DNA from: Sutcliffiella cohnii
GTDB lineage: Bacteria; Bacillota; Bacilli; Bacillales; Bacillaceae_I
NCBI RefSeq assembly: GCF_002250055.1
Contig: NZ_CP018866.1
Location: 3,870,869-3,902,868 of the forward strand
Length of the DNA: 32,000 nt
Reading direction: 5' to 3'
The position numbers and the translations under genes were made by a program. The notes beneath the pieces are model-generated. The model did not search any database. It was not told the DNA's origin and was given only the letters and a program-made list of their open reading frames with translations. The first letter of the stretch is position 1, and every line of letters begins with the position of its first letter. Shown piece after piece: positions 7,738-16,520 of this stretch.

Positions 7738-9213
7738 TTAACGACCTAAAACTTTAATTGCTTCTTGAAGTTGAGCATCATTTTCTTCTGCACGAACTGC
7801 CTCTAGTAAGTCCGTTTGGATCAATTCAGCTGTTTCACTATTGACCTTTCCAGTAACGGAAATGCCTTTATCCTTTTGGAATTGACGGATTACTTCTTCA
7901 GTTTGCTTACTGAAATAGCCATCCGCACGACCAGGCTCTAGTCCTAACCCTTGAAGCATCACTTGCACATTTTTTACTTTTTCATTGTTAGAATCAAACA
8001 CTAACTCTTCTCCGTCTTCTAACACAATTGGACTAGCGTAAAAATAGTCAGGTTGACGTACTTCTATTGTAGGCGTAACTCCATCGTTATGAATCCAGTT
8101 ACCATCTGGAGTTAACCATTTGTAACGCGTTAATTTTATGTTACTACCATCCGTAAATGGAACTGCTTGCTGTACCGTTCCTTTACCAAATGAAGCTTCA
8201 CCAATAATGTCGTATCCTCCAGCTTCTTTTAAAGCACCTGCTAAAATTTCAGAAGCGGAAGCACTACCTTTATCAATTAATGCTACGATTGGATACGATT
8301 TTTCTTCAGTTAAAGAGGAGAAATATCTCTGCTTCTCGCCGTTTCGTTGTTCTATTTGAACATACGGTTTATCTTTCGTAATAAACTCTGATGAAATCGT
8401 CTGAACTTGATCTAACAGCCCACCTGGATTTCCACGAACATCAATGATTAATCCATCAATACCACTGTTTTCTAGTTCATTAAGTTGATCTTGAAAATCA
8501 GCCGACGTTTCTTGGGCAAAAGAAGTAATTTGAATGTACCCTATCGTTTTCCCATCTTGCTCAAACGTTTTTGAATAAACGGTATCTAACGGAATCGTAT
8601 CTCTCGTTACATTTACGACAAACGATTCATTTACTCCTGGGCGTTCCACTTCTAGTTTAACGACCGTACCTTTTTCGCCACGAATTTTTAACACCGCTTG
8701 GTATAAATCTAAGCCGGCAATGTCTTCATCATCTACTTTTATAATTTGATCATTTGGCTGTAACCCTGCCTTTTCAGCGGGAGAGTCACGAAATGGAGAA
8801 ATAATCGTTACTTTACCATTTTGCATACCAACCTCTGCACCAATTCCTTCAAAAGAAGACTCTAATGATTGTGTAAATTGTTCTGCCGTATCTTTATCCA
8901 TATATGTAGAATAAGGATCTTCTAACGTGCTAACCATCCCTTGAATAGCACCTTCAATTAGTTCCATTTGGTCGACTTGCTCGACGTACTCTGTTGAAAT
9001 TAATTCAAACGCTTGTTGAATTTTTTTCATTTGCTCATCAACATTAATGACTACTTCTTTCTCTTTTTTTGCATTTGAATTTTCATTTGAAGAATTTGGT
9101 GAAGTAGTTGTTGATACAGGTGAATCTCCAAAAACTTGGAGTCCAACGTACATTGCGCCGGCACCTAATAAAAGTGAAAGCACCATTACGGCGGTCACTA
9201 ATTTACGATTCAT
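7738..9213 (-). CDS. ctpB: S41 carboxy-terminal processing protease with PDZ and C-terminal peptidoglycan-binding domain
   Basis: It has a signal-anchor N-terminus, a PDZ segment (SPAEKAGLQPNDQIIKVDD), an S41 core (GLIIDVRGNPGG, GSASASEILAGALK) and a PG_binding_1-like tail. The preferred start is MNRKL at 9213, behind a GGGGG ribosome-binding site. The track ORF starts at 9231. Confidence 0.85.
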   Translation of the reverse strand: MNRKLVTAVMVLSLLLGAGAMYVGLQVFGDSPVSTTTSPNSSNENSNAKKEKEVVINVDEQMKKIQQAFELISTEYVEQVDQMELIEGAIQGMVSTLEDPYSTYMDKDTAEQFTQSLESSFEGIGAEVGMQNGKVTIISPFRDSPAEKAGLQPNDQIIKVDDEDIAGLDLYQAVLKIRGEKGTVVKLEVERPGVNESFVVNVTRDTIPLDTVYSKTFEQDGKTIGYIQITSFAQETSADFQDQLNELENSGIDGLIIDVRGNPGGLLDQVQTISSEFITKDKPYVQIEQRNGEKQRYFSSLTEEKSYPIVALIDKGSASASEILAGALKEAGGYDIIGEASFGKGTVQQAVPFTDGSNIKLTRYKWLTPDGNWIHNDGVTPTIEVRQPDYFYASPIVLEDGEELVFDSNNEKVKNVQVMLQGLGLEPGRADGYFSKQTEEVIRQFQKDKGISVTGKVNSETAELIQTDLLEAVRAEENDAQLQEAIKVLGR

Positions 9214-9421
9214 CCGAAAAACCCCCTGCATTTTTTAAGTCTCGTTTCGTTCATACTATGTAGAAATGAAAACGGCGATGCCTTAAGTTACAGCAACTTA
9301 CAAGTGCGCAATATGACGCAAAATCGAATTTCTACACTTCCATTTAAAGACTATTGTAACATAGTCATATAGCAAAACGAAAAGTTGAGCCTATCATTTA
9401 CTTGTGGAAATATGTGTAGAA

Positions 9422-9452
9422 AAGGCATTACACGTTTAAAGTGTAATGCCTT
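9422..9452 (-). terminator. Hairpin after the M23 peptidase gene (weak U-tract)
   Basis: A perfect 12-bp stem pairs AAGGCATTACAC with GTGTAATGCCTT around a 7-nt loop. The minus strand then reads only TTTTC. Confidence 0.5.
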
Positions 9453-9495
9453 AATTAATAACTAGTATATGAAAAGCTTGTACATTTTATGCAAA

Positions 9496-10803
9496 TTAGA
9501 AATTAATGTAATTTCTCGGATTTACAGCGTTAACACGCGGGAACTGATAAGGTCCTTTGTGTAATTCAAAGTGTAAGTGTGGTCCAGTAGAATGACCTGT
9601 ATTCCCCATCATGCCGAGGTATTGACCTTTTTCTACATACTGACCTTCACCAACTGCACGGTTTTCTAAGTGAGCGTAAACCGTAGTCCAAACTTGTCCA
9701 TCAATATTGTGAGTAATAAATATCGCATTACCGTAAGATGGAGTATAGCTAGAACGGAATACTGTACCAGATGCTGCTGCAACAATAGGAACATCTTCTT
9801 TTCTACCGTTTTTACCGATATCGATACCGTAGTGGAACGTTCCCCAACGTGGGCCAAATTCTGATGTTACACGCCCTGTAGCTGGTCTCATAAAGTTACC
9901 ACTAGTTACTGCAGGGGCTGGTGCTGTACCAGTTGAATTATTACCACCCGAGCTGCCACCACTATTACTAGAAGCTTGTTTTGCTTGCTCTGCTTCACGG
10001 CGTTTGCGCTCTTCTTCTTCACGCTTTTTACGTTCTGCTTCTGCTTTAATTTGTGATTGAATCGCTCTTTCTTGTGCTCTTAAGAATGCAGCTTCATCTT
10101 CAATTTCATGAATTTCATGCATCGCTTCTTGTTCTTGTTTCTTTAATTTATCCATAATTTTTGCTTTTTCCGCAATTTGACCTTCTAGACTCTTCTCTAA
10201 GCCTTCTAGCTCTGTTAATTGCGTTTCTAAGTTAGTAAGTTTACTACGTAGTTCTAATTCTTTATCTTCTAAAAGCTTTAAGTCATCTTCATGTGCTTGG
10301 ACGATATCTCTGTCAGCTTGCAAAATAAGGGCAACTGCATTTACTCGGTCAATGAAGTCGCTAAAGCTTTGCGCTCCTAAAACTACATCGATATAGTTAA
10401 TAGCGCCTCCACCTGTTTGGAACGTACGCGCTCTATCTTCTAATAATGCAGTACGACGTTCGATTCTTTCCATTAATACTTCAATTTCTTTCTTTAACTG
10501 TTCAATTTCTTGACGAGTCGTTTCAATTTCATCTTTTTTCGTACGGATTTTAGCCTTCGTTTCTTCCACCGCTTTGTCTAAACGAGTAATTTCCGCTTCA
10601 GTTTGAGCTTGTTCTGCTTGTAATTTGTTCACTTCTTCTTGTTTTTCATTTAAAGAAGATTCAAGATTTGATTGAGCTTCCTTATTTTCGTTAAGTTTTT
10701 CTTGCAACCCATTTGCGAATGTTGTATCTGAGTAGTTCGTTGAAAATACAACAGATAAACCGATGACCGCTGCAATAATACCTATGCCGATTTTCCTTCT
10801 CAT
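9496..10803 (-). CDS. Coiled-coil M23 (LytM-type) peptidase, EnvC/PcsB-like partner candidate for FtsEX
   Basis: A transmembrane/signal segment is followed by ~250 aa of Glu/Lys/Gln/Leu-rich coiled coil, a Ser/Gly linker and a C-terminal M23 domain. The domain has intact HYGIDI (HxxxD) and HLHFELH (HxH) motifs. The preferred start is MRRKIG at 10803, behind GAGGAGG. The track ORF starts at 10866. Confidence 0.85.
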   Translation of the reverse strand: MRRKIGIGIIAAVIGLSVVFSTNYSDTTFANGLQEKLNENKEAQSNLESSLNEKQEEVNKLQAEQAQTEAEITRLDKAVEETKAKIRTKKDEIETTRQEIEQLKKEIEVLMERIERRTALLEDRARTFQTGGGAINYIDVVLGAQSFSDFIDRVNAVALILQADRDIVQAHEDDLKLLEDKELELRSKLTNLETQLTELEGLEKSLEGQIAEKAKIMDKLKKQEQEAMHEIHEIEDEAAFLRAQERAIQSQIKAEAERKKREEEERKRREAEQAKQASSNSGGSSGGNNSTGTAPAPAVTSGNFMRPATGRVTSEFGPRWGTFHYGIDIGKNGRKEDVPIVAAASGTVFRSSYTPSYGNAIFITHNIDGQVWTTVYAHLENRAVGEGQYVEKGQYLGMMGNTGHSTGPHLHFELHKGPYQFPRVNAVNPRNYINF

Positions 10804-10933
10804 TTTGATCCTCCTCAAACGTTTATGTATACGAGGAGGTATAACCCTCCTCAAAAAGACGAGCATTTCATGTTTTCCTTAATCGTTTTAAGGGAACACT
10901 ATTTATATAGCAATCTACTAATACTCGACTATT

Positions 10934-11833
10934 TTATACTTTTAAAAACTTACGGACAGACATCATACTACCCCAAATTCCGATAAACGCACCGATAGCA
11001 ACTAAAATGCCAACAACTTGGAATGCGAACGGGAAGAAAGGTAAGAATTGTAAAAATTGAGATGTTACTTTTGGTTGAACTAGATCAATGAGGTAATAGT
11101 ACGATGTTAAAATAATCGCAATTGGTAAAAATGCACCAAGAACACCTAACCAAAGACCTTCTAGGAAAAACGGCCAGCGGATAAACCAATTTGTTGCCCC
11201 TACTAGTTTCATAATTTCAATTTCTTTTCTTCTTGCAAAAATAGTTATTTTAATAGTGTTAGATATTAGGAACATCGCCGTAAATACTAACCCTAAAATT
11301 AATGCGAGTCCGATGTTACGAGCTATATTAAAGATTTGGAAGAGCCTTTCCACCGTTTCTTGACCAAACACTACTTTCGCAACATTGTCAAAGCCCTCAA
11401 TTTGTTTTGCTACATCAAAGGTATCTTGTGGAGTCTTTGTTTTGACAATAAACACATCATATAGTGGATTACTTTGTTCAAAAAGGTCTAAAATAGCGCC
11501 ATCTTCACCAAAGCTATCCTTTAAACTTTCTAATTCACTATCTTTAGATGAAAATACAACAGATTCAGCTTTCGAAACTTTTTCTAAATCTGCTTGTAAT
11601 TGATTTTGCTCTTCTTCTGTTGCTGTCATTTCTATATAAACTTTAATTTCAACGTCTTGTTCAATTTCCTTCGCCACGTTATTTAAGTTCATCATAATAA
11701 CGAGGAATACACCGACTAATAGTAGCGTTACAGTAACGGCACTAATGGATGCAAATGTCATCCAACCATTACGAGCTAAACTTTTGAAACTTTCTCTGAA
11801 ATGTCGGAGTAATGTTCTAGGCTTCATAGCCAT
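10934..11833 (-). CDS. ftsX: Cell-division ABC transporter permease-like protein FtsX
   Basis: 299 aa with one transmembrane helix, a large extracellular loop and three C-terminal transmembrane helices (FtsX topology). The start overlaps the ftsE stop by 17 nt. Confidence 0.92.
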   Translation of the reverse strand: MAMKPRTLLRHFRESFKSLARNGWMTFASISAVTVTLLLVGVFLVIMMNLNNVAKEIEQDVEIKVYIEMTATEEEQNQLQADLEKVSKAESVVFSSKDSELESLKDSFGEDGAILDLFEQSNPLYDVFIVKTKTPQDTFDVAKQIEGFDNVAKVVFGQETVERLFQIFNIARNIGLALILGLVFTAMFLISNTIKITIFARRKEIEIMKLVGATNWFIRWPFFLEGLWLGVLGAFLPIAIILTSYYYLIDLVQPKVTSQFLQFLPFFPFAFQVVGILVAIGAFIGIWGSMMSVRKFLKV

Positions 11834-12503
11834 AATCCCCCTTCACTTCGTCTCTAGCAATTTTTCCGTATTCTATTGCAATAACACGTCTTTTCATCGT
11901 GTTAACAATCTCTTTGTTGTGTGTTGCCATCACAATCGTCGTGCCTCGTTCATTAATTTCTTCGAACAACTTCATAATTTCCCATGAAGTATCAGGATCT
12001 AAATTCCCGGTAGGTTCATCGGCAATCATTACTTTCGGGTTATTAACGATAGATCGCGCGATAGATACACGCTGCTGTTCTCCACCTGAAAGTTCATTTG
12101 GAAAGGCTCTCGCTTTATGCTTTAGCTTTACTAAATCTAGCACTTCCATGACACGTTTTTTTATACTTTTTGGCGTTTCTTCAATAACTTCTAGCGCAAA
12201 TGCTACATTTTCATAAACTGTTAGTTGTGGTAACAGTTTAAAATCTTGGAACACGACGCCTATTTTTCTACGTAATAATGGAACGTGGCGCTCTTTAAGC
12301 TTAGATAAATCGATTCCGTCAATAATAATGGAACCGCTTGTCGGCTTTTCTTCGCGGTACATCATTTTAATAAATGTTGATTTCCCTGCACCACTAGGTC
12401 CTACGACGTAAGCAAATTCGCCTGCTTTAAATGTTATATCTATACCATTAACTGCTTGTACACCATTTGAATATTTTTTAAATACATTATGCATTTCAAT
12501 CAT
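11817..12503 (-). CDS. ftsE: Cell-division ABC transporter ATP-binding protein FtsE
   Basis: 228 aa with Walker A GPSGAGKST, signature LSGGEQQR and Walker B VMIADEPTGNLD. Length and context are those of FtsE. Confidence 0.95.
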   Translation of the reverse strand: MIEMHNVFKKYSNGVQAVNGIDITFKAGEFAYVVGPSGAGKSTFIKMMYREEKPTSGSIIIDGIDLSKLKERHVPLLRRKIGVVFQDFKLLPQLTVYENVAFALEVIEETPKSIKKRVMEVLDLVKLKHKARAFPNELSGGEQQRVSIARSIVNNPKVMIADEPTGNLDPDTSWEIMKLFEEINERGTTIVMATHNKEIVNTMKRRVIAIEYGKIARDEVKGDYGYEA

Positions 12504-12534
12504 GTAATCACCTTTTTAGTAGAAAATGTATTTT

Positions 12535-12578
12535 CTCTATATCAATCCATTGTCTTCTCTATATTAATCCATTGTCTT
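12535..12578. repeat. Tandem 22-bp duplication upstream of ftsE
   Basis: CTCTATATCAATCCATTGTCTT (12535-12556) is immediately repeated as CTCTATATTAATCCATTGTCTT (12557-12578), with one mismatch. It lies 32-75 nt upstream of the ftsE start codon. Confidence 0.8.
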
Positions 12579-12902
12579 AAACGGCAAGTATCCTCAATCT
12601 CAAAATTGTTCAGACTCATTATAACATCATATTCCGACAAAAAGAGCATTATTTATATTACATTTTCTTTTCAATTTAAAACGATTATTGGGAATATAGG
12701 TTTATTTTGTCATATTTCATCTTAATTTGGTAGAGGTAGAAAAAAATAATAGTTTTGTTGTGGGGGAAGTTTGAAATTTTTGTGTTTATTTTGATAGTAG
12801 CTGTGGGATCTTGCTTTTTTTCGTGGGGATGCTTTGACGTGAATGGACTTTGGATTGTGCTACCGGGGTCCTATTATAGGCTAAAGGAACTGTGGTATGC
12901 AT

Positions 12903-13238
12903 CAACTGAGCTACTTTTTCGGCCAACTGAGCTACTTTTTCGGCCAACTGAACGGGCTTTTACGCCAGCTGGGCTGCTTTTTCGGCCATCTGAACGGTTT
13001 TTTGCGCCAACTGATTCACTTTTTCGGCCAACTGAATGGACTTTTGCGCCAACTGAGCTACTTTTTCGGCCAACTGAACGAGCTTTTGCGCCAGCTGGGC
13101 TGCTTTTTCGGCCAACTGAACGGACTTTTGCGCCAACCGGGTTACTTTTTCGGCCAACTGAACGGACTTTTGCGCCAACCGGGTTACTTTTTCGGCCATC
13201 TGAACGGGTTTTTGCGCCAACCGTACGGACTTTTGTGC
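12903..13238. repeat. 21-bp-period tandem array 1 (16 units)
   Basis: There are 16 contiguous 21-bp units (336 bp). They tend to alternate ...CTTTTTCGGC and ...CTTTTGCGC endings, for example CAACTGAGCTACTTTTTCGGC and CAACTGAACGGACTTTTGCGC, giving a loose 42-bp doublet. The 5-6 nt between the conserved ends vary. Three overlapping ORFs on both strands are open across the array. Confidence 0.95.
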
Positions 13239-13290
13239 CAACTCATGTTTCAAAGCTTGTTGGCTCAGAATCATTACTACTAGTCTGGAC

Positions 13291-13329
13291 AAAAAAAGGT
13301 CCAAAAAGTTAATTTCTACTTTTTGGACC
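13291..13329 (-). terminator. Rho-independent terminator after the vpr-like gene
   Basis: A perfect 12-bp stem pairs GGTCCAAAAAGT (13298-13309) with ACTTTTTGGACC (13318-13329) around an 8-nt loop. An A7 run at 13291-13297 gives U7 on the minus strand. Confidence 0.85.
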
Positions 13330-13336
13330 ATTACTA

Positions 13337-15772
13337 TTATTCGATTGTTAATACATCTGCTGCTGCGACAGCACGTTCACCGTTGCCTTTTTTCGCATAG
13401 ATTGCCACGCGGTAGTTACCAGCAGGTAGTACGGTACCATCTACTAATGTACCATCCCACACATGCTCAGCATATCCAGCAGGAAGGTTAGAATCGTAAA
13501 GTGCATCTCCAACATAAGAACCTAATCCACCAGTTGCTGTTGCAGAGTAGATCCACACTTCGTACTCATCTGCGCCACCTGGTAAGTAAGACCAAATGTC
13601 GAATGTGTTGTTTCCTAAGCTATCGAACCCTAAAGAAGTTACTCGTGGGAAGTCTGGTTCACCTACGAATAGAATTGTAGGAACTTCTACTACTGTTTCA
13701 CCTTCTGTAACTGTTAAGTAGCCTTCATAATAGCCGGAGTCTAATTTAGAAGCATCTACTGTTACATTTACATTTACTTTTTGTGTTTTACCTGGGTTTA
13801 CTCTTGTATTGTTACTTGTTGTAACTTTTACATGTTTGCCTACTTCGTTTTTGAATGTGAATTCGACGTTGTAACGTTTAGCTTCATTAGAAAGGTTTTG
13901 GATTTCGAAATGTTGACGTGCACTTTCTTTTCCTTTTGCCTTTTCAAATACTCCGAAAGAATAGCTTCCAGGGTTAACTAATGTTTCTGCATTGATTGCA
14001 TCTAGTACACGGATACTACCAGCACCTTGTGTATTGTGTGGATAGCTTTCCCCAGTTGCTGGATTAATTAGATCTTCTGCAGTATTCATTAACGCAGATT
14101 TTACTTGGAATACATCCCAATCAGGATTAGCTTGTAATACTAATGCCGCTGCTCCTGCTACGTGTGGACTTGCCATTGAAGTACCTTGCTTTGCTCCGTA
14201 TCCGTATGGATTTGATGGATCAAATGTTGGTACTGTACTTACGATTGCAACACCAGGTGCTGAAACGTCAGGCTTGATCATCCAAGTATCCATTACTGGA
14301 CCACGAGATGAGAAGTCTGCTACTGTTTCACCTACTTGGTGAGAAAATGCAATGTTAAAGCTTACTGTTACGTCATTAACTTTTGCTTTTAACGCTTCCC
14401 CATCTGCTTGGTTAAGCATAATTGTTGGAACGTCCATTCCTGGAATTAGTGGCATATCACCAGCTACGTTATTGTAAAGAACTGCACCAACTGCGCCAGC
14501 TTTTTTAGCTTCTGTCGCTTTGTCCACGAATGGGATACCTGCTCCACGGCTAATTAATGCGATTTTACCTTCTAATTCTTTACCTGCAAACTCTGCTGGA
14601 GAACCAAAGCCTACATCTACTAAATCAAAGTTTTGTCCATTTAAAGCCTTTAACGCATCTTCAGATGGGAATCCTTGAACTGCTGAGGAAGCGTAAGATA
14701 CTCCGTCAGAAGAAGTTGTTGTTGCTGTAAATACGTTGTACGGTAATTGAGTTGCACCAACAGAGATAGCATCGCGAGAAGTTCCAGGAGAACCTACTGT
14801 CCAGTTGTTTGGACCGCTATTTCCGTTAGAAGTTACTGCTACTACACCTTCTGCCATTGCCCAATCTAATGCGATAGACGTTGCAAAGTCAGGGCTGTTT
14901 AACGTGTTACCTAAAGATAGGTTCATAACATCAGCGCCATCTTGAACTGCGCGCTCAATACCTGCGATAACGTTAGCTGTCGTACCGCTACCACCAGGTC
15001 CTAAAACACGGTATGCTAAAAGCGTCGCTTCTGGAGCTACCCCTTTAATTAGACCGTTCGCTGCTACTGTACCTGCAACGTGTGTACCGTGAGTTGTTTC
15101 TGCACCACGCGGATCATTTTTAGGTGTTTCTTGTGGATCTTCGTCGTTATCTACGAAATCATATCCTTTGTAAGCACCAAATTGTCCAGCTAAATCTGGG
15201 TGTGTGTAATCTACACCAGTATCGATAACTGCTACTGTTACACCTTCACCAGTGAAACCTGCATCCCAAGCTTCGTTAGAACCGATAAATGGAGCGGAAT
15301 CTAACATTTCTGGGCTATAAGATTCTTCTACAACATATTCAGTGGAAGAATCTACTGTATATGTAACGTTCGGATAAACTGCTTTTACGCCAGGAGTTGC
15401 TAGTAAGCTAGGAATCTCGTTTTGTGGAACTTCCACAGCGAAACCAGAAAATACGTAATCATATTCACGTTCTACTTTTGAAGTAGAAACACGTTTCCCA
15501 ACTTCATTTTTTACTTGGTTACGAACATTATTCAAGTTTTTCTTCGTTTGTGCTTTTCCTTTATGCTTTGCTTCGACAAGAGACTCTTCTTCTAGTTCGA
15601 CAATAACTGTTGTCGGCTTCGAGCTAGATAAATCATACTCGCCGTATAGAGTTGCTAATTCTTCTACTTTAGTTACTTTCCCTTGGTTCACTTGTGCACC
15701 AGCAGAAAAAGAACTAAACACTAATAGGATGGCACTAACAATCATTAGTGCTGTAACCAGTTTGTTACGCAA
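13337..15772 (-). CDS. vpr: Secreted S8 subtilisin-family serine protease with PA-domain insertion, Vpr-like
   Basis: It has a signal peptide, an I9-like propeptide and the catalytic motifs VIDTGVDYTHPDL (Asp), HGTHVAGTVAANG (His) and GTSMASPHVAGAAAL (Ser). A PA-type insertion lies between His and Ser. Length and blocks are very close to B. subtilis Vpr. The start is either TTG at 15772 (GGGGAG 8 nt upstream) or GTG at 15781. Confidence 0.85.
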   Translation of the reverse strand: MRNKLVTALMIVSAILLVFSSFSAGAQVNQGKVTKVEELATLYGEYDLSSSKPTTVIVELEEESLVEAKHKGKAQTKKNLNNVRNQVKNEVGKRVSTSKVEREYDYVFSGFAVEVPQNEIPSLLATPGVKAVYPNVTYTVDSSTEYVVEESYSPEMLDSAPFIGSNEAWDAGFTGEGVTVAVIDTGVDYTHPDLAGQFGAYKGYDFVDNDEDPQETPKNDPRGAETTHGTHVAGTVAANGLIKGVAPEATLLAYRVLGPGGSGTTANVIAGIERAVQDGADVMNLSLGNTLNSPDFATSIALDWAMAEGVVAVTSNGNSGPNNWTVGSPGTSRDAISVGATQLPYNVFTATTTSSDGVSYASSAVQGFPSEDALKALNGQNFDLVDVGFGSPAEFAGKELEGKIALISRGAGIPFVDKATEAKKAGAVGAVLYNNVAGDMPLIPGMDVPTIMLNQADGEALKAKVNDVTVSFNIAFSHQVGETVADFSSRGPVMDTWMIKPDVSAPGVAIVSTVPTFDPSNPYGYGAKQGTSMASPHVAGAAALVLQANPDWDVFQVKSALMNTAEDLINPATGESYPHNTQGAGSIRVLDAINAETLVNPGSYSFGVFEKAKGKESARQHFEIQNLSNEAKRYNVEFTFKNEVGKHVKVTTSNNTRVNPGKTQKVNVNVTVDASKLDSGYYEGYLTVTEGETVVEVPTILFVGEPDFPRVTSLGFDSLGNNTFDIWSYLPGGADEYEVWIYSATATGGLGSYVGDALYDSNLPAGYAEHVWDGTLVDGTVLPAGNYRVAIYAKKGNGERAVAAADVLTIE

Positions 15773-16038
15773 TGGACCCACTCCCCTTTTTAACTATTCT
15801 TACAGCTAACGTCGCAACATTAGACTGCAATCGACACTAATTTCCTACAATTATTTCGGAAACTAAAATAAATTATATTTTTAATTATTTAAATATTCAA
15901 TAGAGTTTGAAATAAACAGGATGAAAGTCCAAGCTGTTTTTTGAAAAATAGATATTGAGGCATGATTTTTAATTTCGAAGGTTAGTGCTAATTACTTATG
16001 TTTTGAAAAAAGACGAGGGGGAAACTACATAGAAATAG

Positions 16039-16071
16039 AAAAAACTCCCCAATGATTTTTCACTGAGAAGT
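16039..16071 (-). terminator. Rho-independent terminator after cccB
   Basis: A 12-bp stem with three G-U pairs joins 16044-16055 to 16060-16071 around a 4-nt loop. On the minus strand it is followed by U5. Confidence 0.65.
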
Positions 16072-16086
16072 TTTGTACTAGGACTT

Positions 16087-16425
16087 TTATTTATGTTCTG
16101 CTAACCATGCAGCAACAGTAGATGCTTCTTCACCTTTTAAGAAGCCACCACGCATATTACCTTGTCCATTTAAAATAATGTCTTCAATTTCTTCTTTAGA
16201 ATATTTATTTCCTACTTGCGATAGTTGTGGTCCGAAGCCACCTTCTAAATTACCACCGTGACAGCTTTGACAGCTTTGTTGATATAGCTTTTCAGCATCT
16301 GCACTGACAGCATCGCCTGTTGCATCTTGTGCAGGAGCTTCCGTTGCATTATCTCCTCCACCACCACAAGCACCAAGGACAATGAGAGTACTAACGAAAA
16401 CGAATGTTAATAACCATTTTTTCAA
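16087..16425 (-). CDS. cccB: Membrane-anchored (lipoprotein) cytochrome c-551
   Basis: It has a CQSCHG haem-binding motif and a lipobox (LGAC) after a short hydrophobic N-terminus. The preferred TTG start at 16425 lies 7 nt after AAGGGGGA and gives 112 aa. The track ORF extends to 16473. Confidence 0.85.
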   Translation of the reverse strand: MKKWLLTFVFVSTLIVLGACGGGGDNATEAPAQDATGDAVSADAEKLYQQSCQSCHGGNLEGGFGPQLSQVGNKYSKEEIEDIILNGQGNMRGGFLKGEEASTVAAWLAEHK

Positions 16426-16520
16426 GGTAAAATCCCCCTTAGCAATAATTTTGTAGTTAAAAAGGATGCGCATTCCTTATACTTAAAAAATACCACATTC
16501 CATTGGTTATTATAACCATC

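Noticed and set aside
12755-13331. Track ORFs 12755..13312 (+), 12897..13283 (+) and 12960..13331 (-) as real genes
   Set aside because: All three overlap the same 21-bp array in different frames and strands. Their products are low-complexity translations of the repeat. The plus ORFs lack a properly spaced ribosome-binding site, and the minus ORF starts inside the vpr terminator hairpin. The coding question is kept as a low-interest finding, but no CDS is called.
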